Below, in pieces: positions 1 through 8,353 of a DNA stretch of 32,000 nucleotides. The stretch lies in contig NZ_LN831039.1 in NCBI RefSeq assembly GCF_001457595.1, forward strand, positions 5,820,001 through 5,852,000, given 5' to 3'. The notes below the pieces were generated by a model. It was given only the letters and a program-made list of their open reading frames with translations. It had not been told where the DNA came from and did no database searches. Both the position numbers and the translations under genes were made by a program. Numbering within the stretch: position 1 is the first letter of the stretch; each line of letters begins with the position of its first letter. Origin of the DNA: Mycolicibacterium smegmatis (GTDB lineage Bacteria; Actinomycetota; Actinomycetes; Mycobacteriales; Mycobacteriaceae).

Positions 1-455
1 CCGCCACCGCCGGGCAGCAGGCCCAGGGTGACCTCGGGAAGACCGATCACCACGCCCTTGACGTCGGCCGCGATGCGGTGATGGCAGGCCAGCGCGATCT
101 CCAGGCCACCGCCGAGCGCGGCGCCGTTGATGGCGGCGACGACGGGCTTGCCCAGGGTCTCCAGCTTGCGCAGATCGGCCTTGATGAACTCGACCTCGGC
201 GAAGGACTCGGCGGCGTTCTCCGGGCCGACCTTCATCATGCCCTTGAGGTCACCACCGGCGAAGAAGGTCTTCTTCGCGCTGGCGATGACCACACCGGTG
301 ATCGAATCCTTCTCCGCGACAAGGCGTTCCACGGCATTGTGCATGGATTCCTTGTAGTGCTCGTTCATCACGTTGGCCGAGCCGGTCGGGTCGTCCAGCG
401 TCAGCGTGACGATGCCGTCGGCATCCTTGTCCCACTTGATGGTGTTTTCAGCCAT
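1..455 (-). CDS. fadB: 3-hydroxyacyl-CoA dehydrogenase / enoyl-CoA hydratase, N-terminal part (3' end beyond window)
   Basis: Minus-strand translation MAENTIKWDKDADGIVTLTLDDPTGSANVMNEHYKESM...FFAGGDLKG...NGAALGGGLEIALACHHRIA; crotonase motifs; adjacent to fadA. Confidence 0.93.
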   Translation of the reverse strand, partial: MAENTIKWDKDADGIVTLTLDDPTGSANVMNEHYKESMHNAVERLVAEKDSITGVVIASAKKTFFAGGDLKGMMKVGPENAAESFAEVEFIKADLRKLETLGKPVVAAINGAALGGGLEIALACHHRIAADVKGVVIGLPEVTLGLLPGGG

Positions 456-483
456 GATTTTCAGTCCTTTTCCCGACGCGCGC

Positions 484-1695
484 TCAAACTCGTTCGATGA
501 TGGTGGCCACGCCCATGCCGCCGCCCACGCACAGCGTGATCAGCGCGCGCCGGGCGCCGCGGCGCTCCAGCTCGTCGACCATGGTTCCGGTGATCATGGC
601 GCCCGTGGCGCCGAGCGGGTGGCCCATCGCGATGGCGCCACCGTTGACGTTGAGCTTCTCGTCGGGGATGCCCAGGTCCTTCTGGAACTTCAGCACCACC
701 GAGGCGAACGCCTCGTTGAGCTCGAACAGGTCGATGTCGTCGACCGTCAGGCCGGCGCGGTCCAGCACCTTCTTGGTGGCCGGGGTGGGGCCGGTCAGCA
801 TGATGACCGGGTCGGCACCGGAGGTCGCGGTGGCGACGATGCGGGCACGCGGGGTCAGGCCCTGCGACTGGCCCGCCTTCTCGCTACCGATGAGCACCAG
901 CGCGGCGCCGTCGACGATGCCCGAGCTGTTGCCGCCGGTGTGGACGTGGTTGATCTTCTCTATCGAGTGGTACTTCTGCAGCGCCACGTCGTCGAAGCCG
1001 CCCATCGCGCCGACACCCTCGAATGCGGGCTTGAGCTTGCCCAGGCTCTCGACGGTGGTGCCGGGACGCATGTGCTCGTCGTGATCCAGCACGACCAGGC
1101 CGTTCTGGTCCTTCACGGGCACCACGGACTTGGAGAAGTAGCCGCCCGACCAGGCCGCCGCGGCGCGCTCCTGCGAGCGTGCGGCGTAGGCGTCGACGTC
1201 CTCGCGGGAGAATCCCTCGATGGTGGCGATCAGGTCGGCGCCGATACCCTGCGGCACGAAACCGATGCGGTAGTTGGTCTCGGGATCACCGGCCCAGGCG
1301 CCGCCGTCGGAACCCATCGGCACGCGGCTCATGGACTCCACGCCGCCGGCGAGCACCAGGTCGTCCCAGCCCGAGCGCACCTTCTGCGCGGCGATGTTCA
1401 CGGCCTCAAGGCCGGACGCGCAGAAGCGGTTGAGCTGCACACCACCGGTGGTTTCCGGCAGGTTCGCGACCAGCGTCGCGGTGCGGGCGATGTCGCCGCC
1501 CTGGTCGCCCACGGGCGACACCACGCCGAGCACGAGGTCGCTGATCAGGGTCTCGTCCAGGTTGGGGAAACGGACTCGCAGTTCATCGATCAGGCCGACG
1601 ACCAGGTTGACGGGCTTGATCTCGTTGAGGGCTCCGCCACGCTGCTTGCCGCGTGGCGTACGAATAGCCTCGTAGATGAAGGCTTCTTCGGACAT
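484..1695 (-). CDS. fadA: Acetyl-CoA C-acyltransferase (thiolase)
   Basis: 403 aa; thiolase motifs [48 protein letters not shown]. Confidence 0.96.
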   Translation of the reverse strand: MSEEAFIYEAIRTPRGKQRGGALNEIKPVNLVVGLIDELRVRFPNLDETLISDLVLGVVSPVGDQGGDIARTATLVANLPETTGGVQLNRFCASGLEAVNIAAQKVRSGWDDLVLAGGVESMSRVPMGSDGGAWAGDPETNYRIGFVPQGIGADLIATIEGFSREDVDAYAARSQERAAAAWSGGYFSKSVVPVKDQNGLVVLDHDEHMRPGTTVESLGKLKPAFEGVGAMGGFDDVALQKYHSIEKINHVHTGGNSSGIVDGAALVLIGSEKAGQSQGLTPRARIVATATSGADPVIMLTGPTPATKKVLDRAGLTVDDIDLFELNEAFASVVLKFQKDLGIPDEKLNVNGGAIAMGHPLGATGAMITGTMVDELERRGARRALITLCVGGGMGVATIIERV

Positions 1696-1841
1696 GTAGA
1701 TCTCCAGGTCCTGTCAAGGGTTGGTGTGACGGGCATGAACCCGCGTGGAGGTGTTTTGTCCTCTGCGCGCGAGCCTAGCAGCCTCACCCAACCGCTTGGT
1801 TGGGACGCCTGGAGATGTGGTGCAGTTCCTACTCGGCGGCG

Positions 1842-2030
1842 TTACTTGGAAGCGCCCTCCGTGTCGTCGAAGAAGTGCCATTCGCCGCCCTGCTCGACCT
1901 CCATCCGCCAGCCCAGCTCGGTGTTGTCGGCCCGTTGGTCGACGAACCAGGCATGCGCGTCATCGGCGCTTTCGATGTCTTTGGTGTCGACGACGTCGCC
2001 TTTGGGATTGAGCACGCGATAGGTAGCCAT
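1842..2030 (-). CDS. Small hypothetical protein
   Basis: MATYRVLNPKGDVVDTKDIESADDAHAWFVDQRADNTELGWRMEVEQGGEWHFFDDTEGASK; start internal to listed 73-aa ORF. Confidence 0.65.
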   Translation of the reverse strand: MATYRVLNPKGDVVDTKDIESADDAHAWFVDQRADNTELGWRMEVEQGGEWHFFDDTEGASK

Positions 2031-2071
2031 GGCAGTGGTGTTGCCACGGGGCGGCGAGTTCACACCTCGCG

Positions 2072-2119
2072 CGTAACGCCACGGCGATTTTTCGGCCAGA
2101 TTTCCGCCGTGGCGTTACG
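2072..2119. repeat. 48-bp palindromic repeat, copy 1
   Basis: CGTAACGCCACGGCG ... CGCCGTGGCGTTACG; perfect 15-bp inverted arms. Confidence 0.85.
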
Positions 2120-2212
2120 AACGGCGAGGCGCTTGAGCCGTGGCGAGCGACTCGTCAGGCGATCGAGTGTTGGTCAGCGGCAAGACTGTTCGCGACCTGA
2201 CCGCGCGCCGCT

Positions 2213-2260
2213 CGTTACGCCACGGCGGAAAATCGGCCGAAATTCCGCCGTGGCGTTACG
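2213..2260. repeat. 48-bp palindromic repeat, copy 2
   Basis: CGTTACGCCACGGCGGAA ... TTCCGCCGTGGCGTTACG; 18-bp arms with one mismatch; same length and ends as copy 1. Confidence 0.85.
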
Positions 2261-2269
2261 AGCGAGAGC

Positions 2270-2701
2270 TCAGGCTGATTCGATCACAGCCGTCACGCGG
2301 ATTTCGACGCGCATCCCCGGCGCACCGAGTGCCGGCACGCCGATCTGGGTCCAGATCGGGGCGCGGTCCCCCATGCGCTTGCGGAACTGCTCGACCATGA
2401 CGCGCGTGTGGTCGTCGCCGATGGTGTCCGGCGCGGTCGGCACGTGGTAGGAGTTCACCGACACCACATCGGGCCAGCCCGCGCCTGCCGTGGCGAGCGT
2501 GCGCTCCACATTGTCGAAGGCCCGCACGATCTCGTCTTCGAGGTCGGCCGGGAAATTGATGTCGTCATCCCAGCCGCCCTGCCCGGAGATCTCGACCCGG
2601 TCGCCGATGCGCAAAGCCTGGCTGTAGTGCAGGTTTTCCCGCAGCCATGGACCGTAGCCGGGTGTGGCGAAGAACTCTGTCAACGGATTGCCTTTCGTCA
2701 T
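2270..2701 (-). CDS. RidA/YjgF-family protein
   Basis: 143 aa; HYSQALRIGDRVEISGQGGWD ... AFDNVERTLATAGAGWPDVVSVNSYHV ... VGVPALGAPGMRVEIRVTAV-type family signature. Confidence 0.88.
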   Translation of the reverse strand: MTKGNPLTEFFATPGYGPWLRENLHYSQALRIGDRVEISGQGGWDDDINFPADLEDEIVRAFDNVERTLATAGAGWPDVVSVNSYHVPTAPDTIGDDHTRVMVEQFRKRMGDRAPIWTQIGVPALGAPGMRVEIRVTAVIESA

Positions 2702-2702
2702 T

Positions 2703-2751
2703 ACTTCAAGCGTGAAGTGAACACCCTATGCAATGACTTCACGCTTGAAGT
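2703..2751. promoter_or_regulatory. Probable MarR-family operator in divergent ridA-marR intergenic region
   Basis: ACTTCAAGCGTGAAGT (2703-2718) and its exact reverse complement ACTTCACGCTTGAAGT (2736-2751). Confidence 0.7.
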
Positions 2752-2789
2752 TATTCCGGGCGACTGATCCACGCGACTAATCTGCCGGT

Positions 2790-3257
2790 ATGCCCAGCGC
2801 CGAGGAACCGCAGTGGCTCAGCCCGGCCGAGAAAGAGGCGTGGACGGGTCTGGTCTCCCTGATCCTGCTGATGCCGGGCCGGCTTGAGGCGCCGCTGCGT
2901 GACGTCGACCTGAACCTGTTCGAGTACCTGGCCCTCAGCCACATCTCCGAGGCCCCCGACCGCCGGATCCGGATGAGTGAGCTGGCGTTTCTCGCCAACG
3001 GCTCGCTCTCGCGCCTGTCGAACGTGGTCAAACGGTTCGAGCAACGCGGCTGGGTGACCCGCTCCCCCGATCCGACCGACGGCCGGTACACGCTCGCCGA
3101 ACTCACCGACGCCGGATATCGCCTCGTCATGACGGCGGCACCCATCCATCTGCGTGCCGTGCGCGAGTTCGTCCTCGACCCGCTCACGGCGTCCGAGCAG
3201 CAAGCACTCGCCCGCATCGCGGAAAAGCTGCGCATCCGTCCGGCCGATCTGGCCTGA
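2790..3257 (+). CDS. MarR-family transcriptional regulator
   Basis: 155 aa; LFEYLALSHISEAPDRRIRMSELAFLANGSLSRLSNVVKRFEQRGWVTRSPDPTDGRYTLAELTDAGY winged-helix pattern. Confidence 0.93.
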   Translation: MPSAEEPQWLSPAEKEAWTGLVSLILLMPGRLEAPLRDVDLNLFEYLALSHISEAPDRRIRMSELAFLANGSLSRLSNVVKRFEQRGWVTRSPDPTDGRYTLAELTDAGYRLVMTAAPIHLRAVREFVLDPLTASEQQALARIAEKLRIRPADLA

Positions 3258-3280
3258 CCGCCACCGCCTACCCTTTTTCC

Positions 3281-4453
3281 ATGACCGTCCGCAGACTGCA
3301 GCCGTTCGCCGTGACCATCTTCGCCGAGATGTCGGCGCTGGCCACACGCCTGGGCGCGGTCAACCTGGGGCAGGGTTTCCCGGATGAGGACGGCCCGGCC
3401 GAGATGCTCAAGGTCGCGCAGAACGCCATCGCCGACGGGGTCAACCAGTACCCGCCCGGCCTCGGGGTGCCCGAACTGCGGCAGGCCATCGCCGCGCAGC
3501 GCAAGCGCGTCCACGGCGTTCAGTACGACCCCGACACCGAGGTGCTGGTCACCGTCGGCGCCACCGAGGCGATCGCGGCGTCGGTCATCGGGCTCGTCGA
3601 ACCCGGCTCCGAGGTGCTGGTGATCGAGCCGTTCTACGACTCGTACTCCCCCGTGATCGCCATGGCGGGCTGCGAGCGCCGCGCGGTGCCGCTCGTCCCG
3701 AGCGGGCGCGGGTTCGCGATCGACGTCGATGCGCTGCGCGCCGCCGTGACGCCGCAGACCAAGGCCCTGATCCTCAACTCGCCGCACAATCCGACCGGCG
3801 CGGTCGCCTCGGACGCCGAACTGCGCGCGGTCGCGGCCCTGGCCGTCGAGCACGACCTGCTGGTGATCACCGACGAGGTGTACGAGGCCCTGGTCTTCGA
3901 CAGCCACCGCCACCTGACGCTCGCGAGCTATCCGGGGATGCGCGACCGCACCGTCACGATCTCGAGCGCGGCCAAGATGTTCAACGCGACCGGCTGGAAG
4001 ATCGGCTGGGCCTGCGGTGCGCCCGAGTTGATCGCCGGGGTGCGTGCGGCCAAGCAGTACCTCACCTACGTGGGCGGGGCGCCGTTCCAGCCCGCGGTCG
4101 CGCACGCGTTGAACCACGAGGACGGCTGGGTGGCGGATCTGCGCGACTCGTTCCAGTCCAAGCGGGACCGGCTGGGCTCGGCGCTCGCCGAGATCGGGTT
4201 CGAGGTGCACGACAGCCGCGGCACGTACTTCCTGTGCGCCGACCCGCGCCCGCTCGGATACGACGACAGCACCGCGTTCTGCGCCGAACTGCCCACCAGG
4301 GCCGGTGTCGCGGCCATCCCCATGTCTGCGTTCTGCGATCCCGACGCACCACACGCCGATGTGTGGAATCACCTGGTGCGCTTCGCGTTCTGCAAGCGTG
4401 ACGACACCCTCGACGAGGCGATCCGCCGACTTCAGGCGCTGCGGAGGTGCTGA
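3281..4453 (+). CDS. dapC: PLP-dependent class I/II aminotransferase (DapC-like)
   Basis: 390 aa; VNLGQGFPDEDGP, NSPHNPTGAV, ITDEVYEALVF, SAAKMFNATGWKIGWACG; position next to fadA as in M. tuberculosis Rv0858c. Confidence 0.82.
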   Translation: MTVRRLQPFAVTIFAEMSALATRLGAVNLGQGFPDEDGPAEMLKVAQNAIADGVNQYPPGLGVPELRQAIAAQRKRVHGVQYDPDTEVLVTVGATEAIAASVIGLVEPGSEVLVIEPFYDSYSPVIAMAGCERRAVPLVPSGRGFAIDVDALRAAVTPQTKALILNSPHNPTGAVASDAELRAVAALAVEHDLLVITDEVYEALVFDSHRHLTLASYPGMRDRTVTISSAAKMFNATGWKIGWACGAPELIAGVRAAKQYLTYVGGAPFQPAVAHALNHEDGWVADLRDSFQSKRDRLGSALAEIGFEVHDSRGTYFLCADPRPLGYDDSTAFCAELPTRAGVAAIPMSAFCDPDAPHADVWNHLVRFAFCKRDDTLDEAIRRLQALRRC

Positions 4454-4460
4454 GACGGCC

Positions 4461-5699
4461 GTGACGCGAGACGATGTCTGGGTGCCCGCTCCCACACACC
4501 GCGTCGCCGCCGACGTCCACGCCCGTATCGATGCCCTGTTGACACAGGTCGACGCCGACCTCGCAGCACGGTTCCCCGGCGACCGCGACGCCGTCCAGCC
4601 CGTCCATACCGTGTACATCGGTGCGGCCGATGCCGACGAGCACACCCCGCGGCAGTGGGGTGAGGCGGCGCTCGAGCTGCTCGAACGGCATGCCGACCTG
4701 CTGACCGAACTGTCCGACGGGGAAGGCGACACCGCGCTGGCGTTGACACGTAAACGCCTCGCCGACGCCCCGATCGCCGATCTGCGGCTCGATTTCGAGG
4801 ACGGCTACGGCAGACGCTCCGACGACGTCGAGGACGCCGATGCGTTGCGCGCGGGCGAGACGCTGCGCGCACTCGGCCTGCAGAGTTCGGGCGTGCGTAT
4901 CAAGGGCCTGACCATGGCCGAGCGCACACGCGCCGTGCGGACCCTGGAACTGGTGCTCGACGGCGGGATTCCCGACGGCTTCGTGTTCACGGTGCCCAAA
5001 CTGCGTGCCGCCGAGCAGGTCACGGCCGCGGTGTGGGTGTGTGAGGCACTCGAATCCGCGCACGGCCTGCCCGAGCGCACGCTTCAGTTCGAACTGCAGA
5101 TCGAGAGCCCGCAGGCCGTGCTCGGCCCCGACGGCACCGCGACCGTGGCCGCGGCCATCCACCGCGCCGACGGGCGCTGCACCGGATTGCACTACGGCAC
5201 CTACGATTACAGCGCCGCATGCGGCATCGCACCGCAGCACCAGTCGCTGGACCATCCCATCGCCGACCACGCCAAGGCCGTCATGCAGACCGCGGCCGCG
5301 CAGACCGGAGTGTGGGTGGCCGACGGCTCCACCCAGGTGTCCCCGATCGGCACCGACGAGCAGGTGGCCCAGGCCATCCGGCGCCACCACCGCCTGGTCA
5401 CCCGATCGCTGGAGCGTGGTCTCTACCAGGGTTGGGACATGCATCCGGGCCATCTGGTGACACGCTGGCTCGCGACGTTCGCGTTCTTCCGCGCCGCGAT
5501 GGCCGCCGCGGCCCCGCGGTTGCAGAATTACCTGGACCGCCGCGGCGGCGCGATCGTCGACGAACCGGCCACGGCCGAGGCGCTGGCCACCGTGGTGCTG
5601 CGTGGATTGGACTGTGGCGCATTCGAGGCCGCGGACGTGCTGGCGCTCGCACCGGGCGCCACCGTCGAGGTGTTGCACGACCTGAAGAACCGGATCTAG
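4461..5699 (+). CDS. HpcH/HpaI aldolase/citrate lyase-like protein (DUF6986-type)
   Basis: GTG start, VTRDDVWVPAPTHRVAADVHARIDALL...; DLRLDFEDGYG, LQFELQIESPQAV, WDMHPGHLVTRW CitE-like motifs. Confidence 0.75.
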   Translation: MTRDDVWVPAPTHRVAADVHARIDALLTQVDADLAARFPGDRDAVQPVHTVYIGAADADEHTPRQWGEAALELLERHADLLTELSDGEGDTALALTRKRLADAPIADLRLDFEDGYGRRSDDVEDADALRAGETLRALGLQSSGVRIKGLTMAERTRAVRTLELVLDGGIPDGFVFTVPKLRAAEQVTAAVWVCEALESAHGLPERTLQFELQIESPQAVLGPDGTATVAAAIHRADGRCTGLHYGTYDYSAACGIAPQHQSLDHPIADHAKAVMQTAAAQTGVWVADGSTQVSPIGTDEQVAQAIRRHHRLVTRSLERGLYQGWDMHPGHLVTRWLATFAFFRAAMAAAAPRLQNYLDRRGGAIVDEPATAEALATVVLRGLDCGAFEAADVLALAPGATVEVLHDLKNRI

Positions 5700-5709
5700 A
5701 GAGCGGAAC

Positions 5710-6675
5710 GTGATGAGTGAAACCCCACCCGATTTCACCTGGCTACCCGATCTGGCCCTGCGGTCGTTGGGCGGCGCGGTGGTGTGGGCCAACGACGAGA
5801 CGTTCGCGGAGAAGGAGAACCTGATCTCGCCCGGGCCGTCGCAGTACCGGCCCGCGACGTTCGGGCACAAGGGCCAGATCTACGACGGGTGGGAGACCCG
5901 CAGGCGGCGTGAGGCCGGGCACGACTCGGCGATCGTGCGCCTCGGTGTGCCCGGTGTGATCCGCGGGATCGTCGTCGACACCGCGTGGTTCAAGGGCAAC
6001 TACCCGCCCGAGGTGTCGGTCGAAGCGATCGAGGTGGACGGTTATCCCACGGCCGGGCAGCTCGCCGCCGATACGGGGTGGACACCGCTCATCGAACGCT
6101 CCCGCGTTCACGGCGACACCCGCAACAACTTCGAGGTGCATTCCGAGGACCGCTGGACGCACGTGCGGCTCAACATCTTTCCCGACGGCGGCGTGGCGCG
6201 GCTACGTGTGCACGGCGAAGGCCGCCCCGACAAACGGTTCCTCGGCATCGGGCCGGTGGATCTGGCTGCATTGGAGAACGGTGCGTTGGTGCTCGACTGC
6301 TCCAACCGCTTCTACAGCTCACCGCACAACCTCATCTTCCCCGGCCTGGCGCAGGCCATGGGTGACGGTTGGGAGACCGCACGCCGCCGCGACGACGGAA
6401 ACGACTGGGTGCGAATCCGTTTGGCGGGCCCGGGACGCGTGCGCCTGGCCGAGGTGGACACGTCCTACTTCGTGGGTAACTGCCCGGGTGAGGCCGCGCT
6501 GAGCGGGCTGAGCGCCGACGGCCGGTGGGTGGACCTGCTGCCGCGCACCGCGCTGCTGCCCGACACGCGGCACCGGTTCCTCGTCGACGTTGCCGACGTG
6601 GTGTCGGAAGTGCGACTGGACATCTACCCCGACGGCGGCCTCGCGCGCCTGCGACTGTACGGAGATCTGGCATGA
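5710..6675 (+). CDS. alc: Allantoicase
   Basis: 321 aa with two repeated allantoicase-type domains (DGWETRRRREAGHDSAIVRLGVPGVIRGIVVDTAWFKGNYPP / DGWETARRRDDGNDWVRIRLAGPGRVRLAEVDTSYFVGNCPG). Confidence 0.92.
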   Translation: MMSETPPDFTWLPDLALRSLGGAVVWANDETFAEKENLISPGPSQYRPATFGHKGQIYDGWETRRRREAGHDSAIVRLGVPGVIRGIVVDTAWFKGNYPPEVSVEAIEVDGYPTAGQLAADTGWTPLIERSRVHGDTRNNFEVHSEDRWTHVRLNIFPDGGVARLRVHGEGRPDKRFLGIGPVDLAALENGALVLDCSNRFYSSPHNLIFPGLAQAMGDGWETARRRDDGNDWVRIRLAGPGRVRLAEVDTSYFVGNCPGEAALSGLSADGRWVDLLPRTALLPDTRHRFLVDVADVVSEVRLDIYPDGGLARLRLYGDLA

Positions 6676-7571
6676 GCTACCCGAGAGATATGGTCGGCTA
6701 CGGCCGCACGCCCCCGGATCCGCAGTGGCCCGGCGGTGCGGCGATCGCCGTGCAGTTCGTGCTCAACTACGAAGAGGGCGCGGAGAACTGCGTGCTGGAC
6801 GGCGACCCGGCCTCGGAGACCTTCCTGTCGGAGATGACGCCGGCCGAGGCGTTCCCCAACCGGCACATGAGCATGGAATCGCTCTACGAGTACGGTTCAC
6901 GCGCCGGGTTGTGGCGTGTGCTGCGGGTTTTCGAGCAGCGCGGCATACCGCTGACGATCTTCGCGGTGGCCCGCGCCATGCAGCGCAACCCCGAGGCCGT
7001 CGCGGCCTTCACCGAACTGGGCCACGAGATCGCGTGCCACGGACTGCGGTGGAAGTCCTATCAGCTGACCGACCGCGACACCGAGCGTGAACACATGGCC
7101 GAGGCCGTGCGGATCCTCAAGGAGCTCACGGGTTCGGCCCCGCTGGGCTGGTACACGGGCCGGGATTCGCCGTACACGCGTGAACTGGTGGTCGAGCACG
7201 GCGGATTCGTCTACGACTCCGATTCCTACGCCGACGACCTGCCGTACTGGGTGCAGGTCGACGGATCCGATCACCTCGTGGTGCCCTACACGCTGGACAC
7301 CAACGACATGCGGTTCGCCTCGCCCGCCGGATTCGCCAACGGTGAGGAGTTCTTCGCGCATCTGCGCGACGCGTTCGACGTGCTCTACGCCGAGGGCCTC
7401 GCGGGAGCACCCAAGATGCTCTCGGTGGGCCTGCACTGCCGACTGGTGGGGCGGCCCGCGAGAACCGCTGCGCTGCAGCGATTCCTGGACCACGTGCAGT
7501 CACACGACAAGGTGTGGCTGGCGCGGCGCATCGAGATCGCCGAGCACTGGCGCACCGTGCACCCGGCCTAG
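6672..7571 (+). CDS. puuE: Polysaccharide-deacetylase-family allantoinase (PuuE type)
   Basis: MSYPRDMVGYGRTPPDPQWPGGAAIAVQFVLNYEEGAE...; GHEIACHGLRW, GWYTGRDSPYTR, YDSDSYADDLPY; ATG overlaps end of alc. Confidence 0.87.
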   Translation: MSYPRDMVGYGRTPPDPQWPGGAAIAVQFVLNYEEGAENCVLDGDPASETFLSEMTPAEAFPNRHMSMESLYEYGSRAGLWRVLRVFEQRGIPLTIFAVARAMQRNPEAVAAFTELGHEIACHGLRWKSYQLTDRDTEREHMAEAVRILKELTGSAPLGWYTGRDSPYTRELVVEHGGFVYDSDSYADDLPYWVQVDGSDHLVVPYTLDTNDMRFASPAGFANGEEFFAHLRDAFDVLYAEGLAGAPKMLSVGLHCRLVGRPARTAALQRFLDHVQSHDKVWLARRIEIAEHWRTVHPA

Positions 7572-7572
7572 G

Positions 7573-7639
7573 TTCGCCGAGCGTGCGGTTTCATCCGCAC
7601 GCGGCGGCGCGTCGCGGATGAAACCGCACGCTCGGCGAA
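7573..7639. terminator. Bidirectional stem-loop between convergent puuE and racemase genes
   Basis: TTCGCCGAGCGTGCGGTTTCATCCG (7573-7597) with exact 25-bp reverse complement at 7615-7639. Confidence 0.7.
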
Positions 7640-7645
7640 AGGGGG

Positions 7646-8353
7646 CTAGAGGTACTGCTTGGGCGGAGGTGGCGCGTACTCGCCGCGCTTACCGGTGGTG
7701 AGGCCCATGGTCACCAGGGACTGGACGGTGAGCGTCGCCGCAGTCACGCCGTCGACCACGGGCACGCCGACTTCGGCCGAGATCGCACGGCACATCTCGG
7801 CCATGCCCGCGCACCCCAGCACGATCGCGTCGGACCCGTCGCGTTCGACGGCATCACGGCACGCCTCGGTGACCACCTTCTGCGCGGTGGGGTCGGTCTC
7901 CAGGTCCAGCACCGGGATCTCGCACGCATGGATGCCAAGGCAGAACCTCTGCATGCCATACCGTTCGGCGAGTTCTGCGGCGCGCCCTGTGGTGCGAACG
8001 AGTGTCGTCACCACCGAGAACCCGCGGCCAAGATGGCTCGCGGTGTGCATGGCGGCCTCGGCGATCCCGATCACCGGACCGGTGGCGACCTCACGCGCGG
8101 CGTCCAGTCCGGGATCCCCGAAGCACGCGATCACGTAGCCGTCGGCCCCGGCCTGCTCACCGCGCGCGATGGCGTCGAGCAGGCCGGGAACGCTCATCGC
8201 CTCGTCGTAGTGGCTCTCGATGGACGGCGGCCCCGATCGTGAGGTGACGGCGGTGATCTCGGTGCCGGGACCGGCCACTGCGTTGGCGCAGCGGCCGATC
8301 CCCTCGGTCATCGATGCGGTGGTGTTCGGGTTGACCACCCAGATGCGGATCAC
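7646..8353 (-). CDS. Asp/Glu/hydantoin racemase family protein
   Basis: GTG start; IRIWVVNPNTTASMTEGI ... DGYVIACFGDPGLDAARE ... AIVLGCAGMAEM; overlaps permease stop by GTGA. Confidence 0.88.
   Translation of the reverse strand: MIRIWVVNPNTTASMTEGIGRCANAVAGPGTEITAVTSRSGPPSIESHYDEAMSVPGLLDAIARGEQAGADGYVIACFGDPGLDAAREVATGPVIGIAEAAMHTASHLGRGFSVVTTLVRTTGRAAELAERYGMQRFCLGIHACEIPVLDLETDPTAQKVVTEACRDAVERDGSDAIVLGCAGMAEMCRAISAEVGVPVVDGVTAATLTVQSLVTMGLTTGKRGEYAPPPPKQYL

Noticed and set aside
4062-5870. 602-aa minus ORF over the CitE-like gene
   Set aside because: Repetitive HRRG/QHV-type composition, shadow of a well-supported + strand enzyme.
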